In this document: positions 39,136 to 52,734 of the stretch, piece after piece
Layout of the letters: the number at the start of each line of letters is the position of its first letter
Numbering within the stretch: the stretch's first letter is position 1
Assembly: GCA_963422375.2 (NCBI GenBank)
Contig: OY729428.2
Coordinates: 416,001-480,000 of the forward strand
Length of the DNA: 64,000 nt
Source of the DNA: Bryobacterales bacterium
Lineage (GTDB): Bacteria; Acidobacteriota; Terriglobia; Bryobacterales; UBA6623
Direction of reading: 5' to 3'
The notes under the pieces: model-generated
What the model was told of the DNA's origin: nothing
What the model saw: the letters and a program-made list of their open reading frames with translations, nothing else
Database searches by the model: none
Position numbers and translations under genes: made by a program

Positions 39136-40682
39136 GGCGGTGCATCCCGGCGAGCCTCCTGCTGCTCGCGGCTTGCGCGGACCCGCCGCCGCCCGAGACG
39201 GGTGCCGGGCTCGAGGAGGCTGAGCAGGTCGAGGATGTGCAGGTCACGCGCTGGACCGACGTCAGCGAGCTGTTCGTAGAGTTCATCCCTCTCCAAGTCG
39301 GGCGAGCCAGCCCATTCGCCATCCACCTGACTGACCTCCGATCCTTCCAGCCAGTGGAGGAGGGCCGCGTTACGGTCCGGCTCGATCACGGGGGCGGTCT
39401 CGCGGAGGAGTTCACCGCCTCCGCGCCTTCCAGACCGGGGATCTACCTGATCGACGTGACTCCAAGCCGGCAGGGAGCACCCGCTCTGTCGATCCTTGTC
39501 CGCTCCCCGGATCTGGAGGACACCCACCACCTGCGACCAGTGACCGTGCTCGATGCCAGGAAGGGCCCGAGCGGTCCGCCGGGCGCGCCGCCGGCGGAGC
39601 CGGAAGGCCCCATGATCACGTTCCTGAAGGAGCAGCAGTGGACGCTGGACTTCGCTACCGAGGCGGTTGCGCTGCGGACCATGCGCCCCAGCCGGCTCGT
39701 CCCGGCGGTGATCGAGCCCCGCACGGGCGGGCGCGTGTCGGTGACCGCTCCGGTCGGCGGACGGCTGCTTCCCGGCGTCAGACTGCCGTCGCCGGGCACC
39801 GCGGTGCGGCGGAACGACGAGGTCGCGGCCATCGTGCCTCAATCCGTTCGCGCCCTCGACCGCAGCGAACTCCGCCTCCGACTAGACGAGGCCCGTATCG
39901 CCGTGCAGTCCGCCGAGCGGGAGCGCGCGAGGGCCCAGAGGCTGCTCGAGGCGGGAGCCGTGCCGGCCCGCCGGCTGCATGAAGCGGAGGCGCTCGAAGC
40001 CTTGGCGCTGGCGCGCCGCCGCGCCGCCGAGGATCGCCTGAAGCACTACGAGGCAACGCGACGCGACGACCCGCACGAGGCATCGCTTCCCGTGTTCTCG
40101 ATCCGCACCCACCTAGACGGGACGGTCACCTCCGTCTCGGCCACGGACGGGGCGCACGTCGAGGAGGGAGAGACGCTCTTGGAGGTGGCGGCCGCGGATT
40201 TCGTGCATGTGTCGGGCCTAGTTCCCGAATCGCAGTCCGCGGTGCTGCGGACCCTGCGTGGAGCCGAGATCGAGATGCCCGGATCCGGGACCGCCCTCCC
40301 CGCGCAGCGCCTCGTCGCCACGTCGCAGGTGGTGGATCCTGCGACGCGGACGCTCGCCGCCACCTTCCTGTTCGACAACCGCGGGGCGCGCCTGGCCATC
40401 GGCCAGGCCGTCGGCCTGCGCCTATTCACCGGGGAGTCGGTCGAAGCGCCTTCCGTGCCGAGCTCGGCCCTGGTGGAGGACGGAGGCAGGACGCTGGCGT
40501 ACGTACAGATAGCGGGCGAGTCCTTCGAGAGCCGCTCCGTGACCCCTGGCACCCGGCAGGGAACCGCAGTCCAAGTCCCCAGCGGGCTGCGCCTGGGCGA
40601 GCGGGTCGTCACCCGCGGCACCCACTCGCTGCGGCTGGCCTCGATGTCGACTGAAGCGCCGGCCCACGGCCACGTTCACTGA
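39132..40682 (+). CDS. RND periplasmic adaptor (CzcB/CusB-like lipoprotein)
   Basis: Lipobox LAAC; ITFLKEQQW; alpha-hairpin; VDPATRT; GERVVT.G; C-terminal HGHVH. Confidence 0.9.
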   Translation: MRRCIPASLLLLAACADPPPPETGAGLEEAEQVEDVQVTRWTDVSELFVEFIPLQVGRASPFAIHLTDLRSFQPVEEGRVTVRLDHGGGLAEEFTASAPSRPGIYLIDVTPSRQGAPALSILVRSPDLEDTHHLRPVTVLDARKGPSGPPGAPPAEPEGPMITFLKEQQWTLDFATEAVALRTMRPSRLVPAVIEPRTGGRVSVTAPVGGRLLPGVRLPSPGTAVRRNDEVAAIVPQSVRALDRSELRLRLDEARIAVQSAERERARAQRLLEAGAVPARRLHEAEALEALALARRRAAEDRLKHYEATRRDDPHEASLPVFSIRTHLDGTVTSVSATDGAHVEEGETLLEVAAADFVHVSGLVPESQSAVLRTLRGAEIEMPGSGTALPAQRLVATSQVVDPATRTLAATFLFDNRGARLAIGQAVGLRLFTGESVEAPSVPSSALVEDGGRTLAYVQIAGESFESRSVTPGTRQGTAVQVPSGLRLGERVVTRGTHSLRLASMSTEAPAHGHVH

Positions 40683-40686
40683 GGGC

Positions 40687-43773
<3,087 letters not shown>

Positions 43774-44059
43774 CGGCTTCCCCGCCCCCGCCGCTCGGTC
43801 CGCGGCCCAGTGCGGACGGGGATCAGCGGGCTGCGTGGACGAGGCCCACTAGCAACGCAAGCGCGTTCAGGCTCTCGCCGGAATCCGGCGCGCCGCCAAG
43901 ACCCTCGCCTACGGGAGCGGCTCGCAACCAGCACGGCATTCCAAACGCGTCGGCCGCCCGCCCATCCCCGTCCAGCTCGATTCGCAGCACGACGGCGACG
44001 CCGCGCCCGGAGGTCGGACAGAGAGACCGCGGCCGGGTAGAATTGGCCGGGAAGCTTCT

Positions 44060-45124
44060 ATGCGCCTGACCTGTCAAGCCTGCTCGCTCCTGCTGCTCGC
44101 AACCGCCTGCAATTCCCAGCCCGCGTCCGAGGCGACAGCCGCCGATCCCCCGACGGGCGGCTACCTGTCCGGCATCCGGCAGCTGACCTTCGGCGGGCAG
44201 AACGCCGAGGCCTACTGGTCGCCCGACGGCAGCAACCTCGTTTTCCAGTCCACCCGAGGGGAGGCGGGCTGCGACCAAATCTACGTAATGAACGCCGACG
44301 GCAGCGACCAGCGCATGGTCTCCACCGGCCGGGGAGTCACGACCTGCGGCTACTTCCTGCCCGACGGCGAGACCATCGTCTACGCCTCGACGCACCTCGC
44401 GGGCGACGCGTGCCCGCCCAGGCCCGACCGCAGCAAGGGATACGTCTGGCCGGTCCATGCCGGCTACGACCTGTTCCTGACCGATCTCACCGGCTCCGAG
44501 CCGCGCCGCCTGACCGATGCCGACGGGTACGACGCCGAGGCCACGGTGAATTGGGCGACCGGCAGGATCGTGTACACCTCGATGGCGTCAGGGGACCTGG
44601 ACCTCTGGTCGATGGGCCTCGACGGGTCCGCCAGGGCCCGCCTGTCGACCGCGTTCGGGTACGACGGCGGGGGCTTCTACTCGCGGGACGGCACTCGGCT
44701 GGTGATGCGCGCGAACCATCCCGCCGAAGGATCCGCTTCCGACCGCTACGCCGAGCTGCTGGCGCAGCATCTGACCGCGCCGATGAAGATGGAGATCTTC
44801 GCCGGCCGCGCCGACGGCTCCGGCATGGCGCAGCTGACCGATTTCGGCTGCGCCAGCTTCGCCCCGCAGTTCACGCCGGACGGCTCGCACATCATCTTCT
44901 CGTCCAACCGGAACAACTGCGACAGCCGCGAGTTCGACCTGTTCCTGATGCGAGCCGACGGATCGGACCTGCGCCAGGTGACCGACTTCGGGGGCTTCAC
45001 GTCGTTCGCCGAGTTCTCCCCGGACGGTTCGCGCGTCGCGTTCGCTTCCGACCGCGACGCCCAGTCGCGCTACGAGTTCAACGTCTACGTAGCGGACTGG
45101 AACGGGCCCGGACGCCCGCGCTGA
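44060..45124 (+). CDS. TolB-like PD40 beta-propeller lipoprotein
   Basis: Lipobox ATAC; NAEAYWSPDG, YDAEAT, FAPQFTPDG, FAEFSPDG repeats. Confidence 0.88.
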   Translation: MRLTCQACSLLLLATACNSQPASEATAADPPTGGYLSGIRQLTFGGQNAEAYWSPDGSNLVFQSTRGEAGCDQIYVMNADGSDQRMVSTGRGVTTCGYFLPDGETIVYASTHLAGDACPPRPDRSKGYVWPVHAGYDLFLTDLTGSEPRRLTDADGYDAEATVNWATGRIVYTSMASGDLDLWSMGLDGSARARLSTAFGYDGGGFYSRDGTRLVMRANHPAEGSASDRYAELLAQHLTAPMKMEIFAGRADGSGMAQLTDFGCASFAPQFTPDGSHIIFSSNRNNCDSREFDLFLMRADGSDLRQVTDFGGFTSFAEFSPDGSRVAFASDRDAQSRYEFNVYVADWNGPGRPR

Positions 45125-46097
45125 ACCCCGGCGCCCGGTTTCAGGGCCGGACCTCGCGCTCGAGCGAGGCTATGCGTCCCCCAGCTGCCGGGCCTGCCTG
45201 CGCGGGAGCGCCAGCCTCTCGGCGATCGACGGAGCCACTGGCTCGGACCCTGCGCTTCCGGCGCCGGAGCCTCCCCGCCGGCCGGGGCCGGATCGTCCGC
45301 GGGCATGCGGCTTAGGTCCGCGAGCTCGAACGTGTCCTCGTAGACCAGATCCTCGCCCATCGCGAGAACGACCTTCCTGAGCTGCGGCATGCACGCCGAC
45401 TCCGCCTGGATGTAGATCGACTCCACGTACACGGGGCTCTCGCCAACGGGCGCGGCATTCATCTCGCCGCGCAGCACGCGGGACCCCTGGTGGTTCCACG
45501 GCGTGAGATCGCGGGCGATCTGCTGCTCCTGGTTGACCTGCGCCTCGATCCGGTTGGGGCCGTATACCAGCTCCTGCTTGGAGAGCTGGTAGAAGATCAG
45601 GTCGCCCAGCAGGTCGCCGCCATCCAGCCCTTCAGGTTGTCCTTGTTGGCCGACGTGAACGGCAGCATGAGCAGCAACTCGGGCTCGGTCTCGCCCGGCA
45701 CGGTGGCCACGATGCACGTGGGCTGCATCCGCTCGGCGAGTTCGGTGTCGCCGGCGAGGGTCTGGCCGACGTCCCAGACATCGTCCTTGTGTCGAAGACG
45801 GTCGGGTCCCGCATGTGGAACGTGCGGTAGATTTCGGCTTGGATGTTGAAAATCAGCTCCGGCAAGCGCACGTGCGCAAGTACCGAGGCGGGCATCGCCT
45901 CCATCGGCTGGAACAGCCCGGGCAACAGATTCGCGTGGGCCCGGATGATCGGGTCGCTGTCGTCGAAGAGGTAGGACTCTCTGGTGCCGTGATAGGCATC
46001 GACCGTGGCCTTGACGGCATTGCGGCTGTAGCTGACCTCGGCGTTGAACTGGCCCATGCGGATCGACCGCGAGTAGGGATGCGCGTGCGATGTCGCG
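44813..46097. repeat. Direct repeat copy 1 (~1.3 kb): intact 3' end of the PD40 gene plus decayed 3' end of the UPF0182 gene
   Basis: Aligns by eye with 51432-52734 at roughly 90% identity, with small indels. Confidence 0.95.
45141..46097 (-). pseudogene. Decayed duplicate of the UPF0182 3' region
   Basis: RNAVKATVDAYHG, PELIFNIQAEIYRTFHMRDP, ESIYIQAE, PQLRKVV broken by frameshifts. Confidence 0.92.
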
Positions 46098-46276
46098 TGC
46101 GCGACCGCAGGTTCGCTGGCGTCCACGAAGTGGCTGCAGCGATCACGGCGCACTTGGAGCAACGGAACAAGCGTCCAAGGCCCTGCCAGCGCTGAGAAGA
46201 CCTAGCCCCGCCGGCTCGGACCGGCAGGCTCCTGAGGCAGCCCCGACCTGATAGCGCTGCGCCAAGGCTCGGAACA

Positions 46277-49200
46277 CTAGAAGCGGTACTTCACCGCGTA
46301 CTGCCAAACCCTGGGACCGCCGCCACGACCGACGCCTCCGACCGCACTGAGCAGCCCGGCCGTCGGCGAGTTGAACGGCTTCATCTCCCGCTGGATGATG
46401 AAGTTCGTACGATTCGCGATGTTGAAGGTCTCGATCCGCAACTGCAAGCGATGCCCCTCCGCCAGCACGAAATTCTTCGTCAGACCGGTGTTGATCGACA
46501 CCAGCCCGGGCCCGTCGAGTATGTTCCTGCCCGAGTTGCCGAGGGCGAACGGCGAAAAGCCGCTCCCTTGCGTGCCACAATCGAACACGCCGGTCTCGAT
46601 TTCCTCGCACGACGGCACTCCGACGAAGGCGTCCAAGTCGTACCACGGGAAATCCACGCCCTTCTTGCCCAGCGATGTGTTCCGGTCCACCCTTCCGTTG
46701 GCGATCCGATTGGGTCGCTGGGATTCCCCTCGGTTCAGGTCGGGGTTCGCCGTGGTCACCGTCAGGGGCGAGCCGCTGTACGCGGACGCCGTTCCCGACA
46801 GTTGCCAGCCTCCTAGCACTGCCTCGGCAACCGAGCCCCAGTTCTTGCCCCAGTGCCTGCCCTTTCCGAACGGCAGCCGGTAGTTCCCGACCATCGTGAA
46901 GACGTGCCGCCGGTCCCAATCCGAGCGACCTCGATCCAGCCGCAGGTTCCGCGAATCAAGGGCTTGCGGGAATCCGCCCTCCGACTGGCCGTTGGCTTGA
47001 GAGGCATCGTCAATCGTCTTCGAGAACGAATAGTTCACCCTCCAGAACAGGCCTCCCCTGCTGCGCTTTCTCCAAGAAGCGTTGAAGGCGTTGTAGCTTG
47101 AATTGGCGCCGGTTCCAAAGATCTGAATTCCGTTCCACTCCGGGATCGGCCTCAGAAATCCCTCGCCCTCGATCAGCGAACTCGCCGTACGGTACGGCTG
47201 GTTGAAATCGTACCGGCGAATCAGGTACGTGCCTTTCGAGCCTCGATAATCCACCTCGATGGATGTATTTCCGAACAGCGCCCGCTCAATCGTGAAGTTC
47301 CAGGACTGCAAGTACCCCGTGCTCGGATTCAAATCGTATCCGCGCACGGTCGTCGTTCCCGCCAGCCTCTCGCGCGTGGTCGGAAAGGGGTTCTGCAGGG
47401 AAACCTCGTTGGGCCTCACGTTGACACCGGGAAAATTCTGCACCACGGCGAACGGAAACTGATTCGAAAGGTTGTTCCTAAGGTTATTCAAAATATCGCC
47501 GGCCAAGAAGATTCCGTATCCACCGCGAACGACAGTGCTATCGCTCACCCTGTAGGCGAAGCCCAGCCGAGGAGAGAAGTTGTTCCAGTCCGTGTTGATC
47601 ACCGACCTCGGACGCCCGGCCGCTTGAGCGGTTGTGATGACGTCGCCGAGACCCGTCTCCTCGAGCAAATGCGAATAGTTGCTTGGGACGTTTTCATCGC
47701 TGGCAAGGATCAGCTGTTTCGACATCGTGTCGTAAACACCCAACCGGTCGTACTTGTCGGTCGGAGCGCGGTTGACCTCCCACCGCATTCCGATGTTCAG
47801 CGTCAAGTTCCGCGTAGCCTTCCAGTCATCGTTGATGAACGCACCCATCGCAAGCTGCCGCCAATAGTTTCGGTTGAAACCCAGCTGGCGATTCACGTTG
47901 TGAACCCAGCCGAGCTGCAAGTCAGCTATGGGATTCATGGTCCGTCGGCCGCGGAAGAAATACGTCCCGCGCTGGTTGTTGAAAAACGGCTGGTTGAACT
48001 GCACTCGATTGCTGTTGAATCCGAACTTGATCGAATGATCACGAGCGATCCACGTGAACTTGGCTCCCCATTGCCAGTCAGTGACATGGTACTGAACGGG
48101 CTGGTTGGCACCGGTCCCAATCTGAGCGAAGTTGGCGACCACGAAACGCGGCCAATCGAGTAGCTCGGGAAGATTTGCCGATTCCGATTCCGGAATTAGA
48201 TTCGGAAGTCCTAGCTTGCTCGCAATGTTCTCCCCGGGGAAGTAGCCCGTATTGTAAGCCGAATTTCGACTGAATCCTCCGCGAAGTTCCATCAGGAAAG
48301 TCGGCGAGAACATGTGAGTGTAATCAAGACCTCCGAGTGACCGGTTATCACTGTTCTGGGCTCCGTAGTCCCCTAGATCGCTGCCTCCAGCGAAACGATT
48401 CTGAACATCGTTGTAGCGAATCTGGTAGCGAAATGCGAGCGAATTCTCTCCAATCTTCTGATCTAACTTGACGATGTAGCTATTCCACTTATCCTGGTCA
48501 GGTGGACTGGTTCGGTAGTTGAAGCCCGTCGCTCCCGTGTCGATGTTCTGGTCGGGATAGAAACCCTGAATCGCGAGTCCGATCGGATCCATGCGTGCGA
48601 CAGGAATCGTGTTGTTCTCAAAGCAAGATCGCTTGTTCCGAGCGTTGCAAGGCCCTGTTGCAAGCCTGTCCCTCAGAAACAGGGGGCGGTTAGCCCAATT
48701 CAAGGAGTTAGAAAAGTCTCCTGTTCTCTCCTGCGCAGTCGGCACTCGCGTGATGCGCGTAAAGTCTTGGATCTGCCGGAGGCCTTCGTAACTGAGCAAG
48801 AAAAAGCTCTTGTTCTTGCGAATTGGTCCGGCCGCCGTGGCAGCGAACTGGTTGCGGCGCAGTTTGTTCTTGTCCGACTCGAAGAAGCCTCGCGCGTCGA
48901 GAATGTCGTTTCGCAAGAAGTAGTTCACATTGCCATGCAGCGCATTGGTTCCTGACCGGAGCGACATGTTGAGGATCCCGCCCGCCATGCGCCCGTACTC
49001 GGCCGAGTAGCCGGAAACCTCCATTTTAAACTCCTGCAACGCGTCAATGTTCGGTCGCACCTGTGCCGCCGCGCCGCGCGCATTTCTGTTATCGAAGCCG
49101 TCGACGTAGAAGTTCGTGTTGGACGCTCTGGCACCGTTGATGTTGGCGAAAGAGCCCTGCCCACCCTCGGCCTTCGGAACCACGCCCGGAATGAAGAACG

Positions 49201-49666
49201 CCAAGTCGGTGAAGTCCCGGCCGGCTAGCGGCAACTCCTGGATCTCTTCCATGACGATGACGTCACCCTTGATCGTGCCATTCTCGGTGTTCAAGGTGAC
49301 GAGCTGGGCGTCCACGGTAATGGATTCGGTCAGCTGGCCGAGCTGCAGCTCGACATCGACTCGTCGGTTGTCGCCGGTGCTCAGCACGATGCCTTGCGTG
49401 ACATTCTGCTGAAAGCCATCGGACGTCACGATCAGCTGGTAGTCTCCGGGAAGCAAGGCCGTGAAGGTGTAGCTGCCGACCGCGTTAGACGACTGCTCGC
49501 GAGAGATGCCCGTCCCCGTGTTGATCACCGTGACTGTGGCACCCGGGATGACTCCGCCACCGGTGTCGGCCACGATGCCGGTCAAGGTGGCCAAGTTCGC
49601 TTGGCCGAAGCAATTCGGGACCATCATCGCCAACGCGAAGACGATGGCCAAAGCCGTTCGAATCAT
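46277..49666 (-). CDS. TonB-dependent receptor, Oar-like with N-terminal carboxypeptidase-regulatory-like domain
   Basis: Signal peptide; G.VADTGG.VIPGA.V; LPL.GR.F; ALQEFK....YSAEYG; SGTN.LHG; NNFSPRLGFAY; C-terminal KYRF; GGGAGG RBS; visibly lower GC than flanks. Confidence 0.95.
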   Translation of the reverse strand: MIRTALAIVFALAMMVPNCFGQANLATLTGIVADTGGGVIPGATVTVINTGTGISREQSSNAVGSYTFTALLPGDYQLIVTSDGFQQNVTQGIVLSTGDNRRVDVELQLGQLTESITVDAQLVTLNTENGTIKGDVIVMEEIQELPLAGRDFTDLAFFIPGVVPKAEGGQGSFANINGARASNTNFYVDGFDNRNARGAAAQVRPNIDALQEFKMEVSGYSAEYGRMAGGILNMSLRSGTNALHGNVNYFLRNDILDARGFFESDKNKLRRNQFAATAAGPIRKNKSFFLLSYEGLRQIQDFTRITRVPTAQERTGDFSNSLNWANRPLFLRDRLATGPCNARNKRSCFENNTIPVARMDPIGLAIQGFYPDQNIDTGATGFNYRTSPPDQDKWNSYIVKLDQKIGENSLAFRYQIRYNDVQNRFAGGSDLGDYGAQNSDNRSLGGLDYTHMFSPTFLMELRGGFSRNSAYNTGYFPGENIASKLGLPNLIPESESANLPELLDWPRFVVANFAQIGTGANQPVQYHVTDWQWGAKFTWIARDHSIKFGFNSNRVQFNQPFFNNQRGTYFFRGRRTMNPIADLQLGWVHNVNRQLGFNRNYWRQLAMGAFINDDWKATRNLTLNIGMRWEVNRAPTDKYDRLGVYDTMSKQLILASDENVPSNYSHLLEETGLGDVITTAQAAGRPRSVINTDWNNFSPRLGFAYRVSDSTVVRGGYGIFLAGDILNNLRNNLSNQFPFAVVQNFPGVNVRPNEVSLQNPFPTTRERLAGTTTVRGYDLNPSTGYLQSWNFTIERALFGNTSIEVDYRGSKGTYLIRRYDFNQPYRTASSLIEGEGFLRPIPEWNGIQIFGTGANSSYNAFNASWRKRSRGGLFWRVNYSFSKTIDDASQANGQSEGGFPQALDSRNLRLDRGRSDWDRRHVFTMVGNYRLPFGKGRHWGKNWGSVAEAVLGGWQLSGTASAYSGSPLTVTTANPDLNRGESQRPNRIANGRVDRNTSLGKKGVDFPWYDLDAFVGVPSCEEIETGVFDCGTQGSGFSPFALGNSGRNILDGPGLVSINTGLTKNFVLAEGHRLQLRIETFNIANRTNFIIQREMKPFNSPTAGLLSAVGGVGRGGGPRVWQYAVKYRF

Positions 49667-50111
49667 TGAATGCCTCCCACGCACGGTCACCCGGCGGCCA
49701 CGGGTCCACCCCTAGGCCCTTGGGGGACGCTCCCCGAATTGGCTTGCATGCATCCTCAACCTGCAAGGCAAGCAACCAAGCTTCGTGCAGGCGCAGCATA
49801 GCACAAGGAACAAGGAGGGTGAAGGCGACCGACGATCTTTGGCGGGCCGTGAGCTCGTCCCGACACGACCAGCGCCCGCGGCAGGGCCCTGTGGACCAGA
49901 AAGGCCCGGCGCAGCGGCGCAAAGGGCCGGGATCGGACGGCAGTCGCGAAGCTATGCCGAGCGGAACCGAACCGACCCGGCAACGCGTGAAGAGACGAGC
50001 GAGGGAACGGCCGACCGCCGTTCCCCACCGCGTCTCGGCCAACACGCTGCGGGAGGCACGCCACGGGCTGACGAGACCGGACGAGGCCCCAAGCGTGGGC
50101 GGAATGACGCG

Positions 50112-50397
50112 GCAACGACCATGCGGGCGCCCCGGCGGCTCCACGTCGCGCGACGAAAATAAGCTCCGAAGCACCGGGAGACGGAGCCTGCGCGACACTG
50201 CGGGTGGCGGTATCCCGCGGATCGAGCGCGGCTCTAGGGCCCTAATCTGTTGCTGTCGGCCGCACGCGTCGGCCAGTCCGGGACTCGCCCACATTATCCG
50301 TTTCGTCCGCCAAGCAGCAGCCGTTCGGTGCGCTGGCTTGGGCCGGGGAGGATATACCCGGATCTCTGGCATTCGAAGTAGACGGTACTTTCCGAGG
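50112..50397. repeat. ~285-bp dispersed element, copy A (inverted relative to 62136-62421)
   Basis: Manual alignment to the reverse complement of 62136-62421; identical core TCCCGCGGATCGAGCGCGGCTCTAGGGCCCTAATCTGTTGCTGTCGGCCGC, more diverged flanks. Confidence 0.9.
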
Positions 50398-50553
50398 AAG
50401 AGTACGGAGCGGGGCTGGAAGGGTCACCTGGAACTGCACATGTCCCCCGCCTCGGCCGCCAAGCCCGCTCCTACGCTCCGGCCGAGGCGACCGCGCAACG
50501 GGGCGGAGCGGCCGCTCGATCCACGCTCCGATGCGACAGATCAATCCGCCGCT

Positions 50554-51390
50554 TCAGCCCCAGCCGCAGCCGGTCCCGTCCGAAGACCGCGTGTAGATGC
50601 CCTCCGGGCCTCGGGTGAGGTTGTTGTCCCGCTCATGCCTCCGGCAGACGCCCTCCGGCCCGCTGGGAGCCGGCATGAACATCTCCGCCCACGGGGAATT
50701 CGGCGTGGCGTAGATGAACTGGACAGCGTCTCGCTGCCCGCCACCGTGCGGGATCGCCGGGATGTCGTGGGCAGCCGCCATGGGCGCGATCTTGACGAGC
50801 TCGCTCATGCCGCCGCACCAGTGGATATCCGGCTGCCCGATCTCCGTTCCGTTAACTTGCAGCAGGTATCGGAGGCCGTAGCGCGTGTAGACACGGTCAC
50901 CCGTCACGATCCGGGTGGGCGTGACGGGCACCCGAGGCGGCCGAAGCTCTCGTAGTAGCCCGGAGGCAGAGCCCCCTCGATCCAGTACACGTTGTAGGGC
51001 TCGAACGCTTCCGCCAAGGCCATCCAGCGACCCACCATCACGTCGCCTTCCTCGCCGACCGCCGCCCTAGCGCGCGGGACCAGCTCGACGTTCTTGCGCA
51101 TACCCAGCCTGCCGTCGGCCGGCTGGGCCGGAAGGCGCGATTGAGCTGCTTGTAGCCGAACTCGACGTGCTGCTCGATGTCGCTGCCCGTGCAGTAGCAG
51201 GGGCTGCATGGATGGATTCTGCCGCCGAGCGGCCGCCAGACCTTGCCCGCGATGTCATACAGGGCGATGTCGAGACCGGAGATCGCGTCGATCGCTCTGC
51301 CCTTGCGCCCGCAGGACATGGGCGCGCGCCACATGGCGTACCACAGCGACTCGATATCGAGGGGGGCTCTCGTGGAGATCTCCGCCCAGA
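50554..51390 (-). pseudogene. Enolase-superfamily acid-sugar dehydratase (L-rhamnonate dehydratase-like), 5'-truncated and frameshifted
   Basis: Fragments across frames: DIESLW..MWR, AISGLDIALYDI.GK, CTG.DIE, VYWIE..LPP, TRIVTG...YTRYG, QPDIHWCGG..EL.KI, IPHGG. Confidence 0.85.
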
Positions 51391-51431
51391 AGCTGCCGGC
51401 CCTCGGGCACGGGGCGCTTGGGGCGCACCCG

Positions 51432-51748
51432 GACGCCTCCGGCATGGCGCAGCTGACCGATTTCGGCTGCGCCAGCTTCGCCCCGCAGTTCACGCCGGAC
51501 GGCTCGCACATCATCTTCGCGTCCAACGGGAAGAACTGCGACAGCCGCGAGTTCGACCTGTTCCGGATGCGGGCCGACGGATCGGACCTGCGCCAAGTCA
51601 CCGACTTCGGGGGCTTTGCGTCGTTCGCCGAGTTCTCCCCGGACGGTTCGCGCGTCGCGCTAGGCTCCCTTCCGAACGCGACGCGCGATCACGCTACGAG
51701 TTCAAGGTCTACGTAGCGGACTGGAACGGGCTCGGACGCCCGCGCTGA
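51432..51748 (+). pseudogene. Decayed duplicate of the PD40 lipoprotein 3' end
   Basis: SGMAQLTDFGCASFAPQFTPDG...FAEFSPDGSRV, then a frameshift. Confidence 0.9.
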
Positions 51749-52734
51749 ACTCCGGCGCCCGGTATCAGGGCCGGACCTCGCTCTCGAGCGAGGCTATGCC
51801 GTCCGCCAGCTGCCGGGCCTGCCTGCGCAGGAGCGCCAGCCTCTCGGCGATCGACGGAGCCCCTGGCTCGGCTTCGCGCGCCGTAGCCTCCCCGCCGGCC
51901 GGGGCCGGATCGTCCGCTTGCATGCCGCTTAGCTCCGCGAGCGCGAGCTCGAACGTGTCCTCGTAGACCAGATCCTCGCCCATCGCGAGAACGACCTTCC
52001 TGAGCTGCGGCATGCGCGCCGACTCCGCTTGGATGTAGATCGACTCCACGTACAGGAAGTTCTTGCCGACGGGCATGGCGATCATCTCGCCGCGCAGCAC
52101 GCGGGACCCCTGCTGGTTCCAAAGCGTGAGGTCGCGGGCGATCTGCTGCTCCTGGTTGATCTGCGCCTCGATCTGGTTGGGCCCGTACACCAGCTCTTGC
52201 TTGGAGAGCCGGTAGAAGACCAGGTCGCCCAGCTGGTCGCCGTCGCAGCGCGCCGCCATCCAGCCGTTCAGGTTGTCCTTGTTGGCCGGCGTGAACGGCA
52301 GCATGAGCAGGAACTCGGGCTCGGTCTCGCCCGGCAGGGTGGCCACGATGTACGTGGGCTGCATCCGCTCGGCGAGATTGGTGTCGCCGGCGAGGCTCTT
52401 GCCGACGTCCCAGATATCCTCCTTGTTATAGAAGACGGTCGGGTCCCGCATGTGGAACGTGCGGTAGATCTCGGCTTGGATGTTGAAAATCAGCTCCGGG
52501 TAGCGTGCGTGCGCGCGAACCGACGCTGGCATCGCCTCCATCGGCTGGAACAGCCCGGGGAACAGGTTCGCGTAGGCCCGGATGATCGGGTCGCTGTCGT
52601 CGAAGAGGTACAGCTTGGTAGTGCCGTGATAGGCATCGACCGTGGCTTTGACGGCATTGCGGATGTAGTTGACCTCGGCGTTGAACTGGCCCACGCGGAT
52701 CGACTGCGAGTAGGGATGCGCGTTCGATGTCGTG
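51432..52734. repeat. Direct repeat copy 2 (~1.3 kb): decayed 3' end of the PD40 gene plus intact 3' end of the UPF0182 gene
   Basis: See copy 1. Confidence 0.95.

Noticed and set aside
49667..49800. Cobalamin or TPP riboswitch before the TonB receptor
   Set aside because: Consensus elements are not recognisable by eye; an Rfam scan would be needed.
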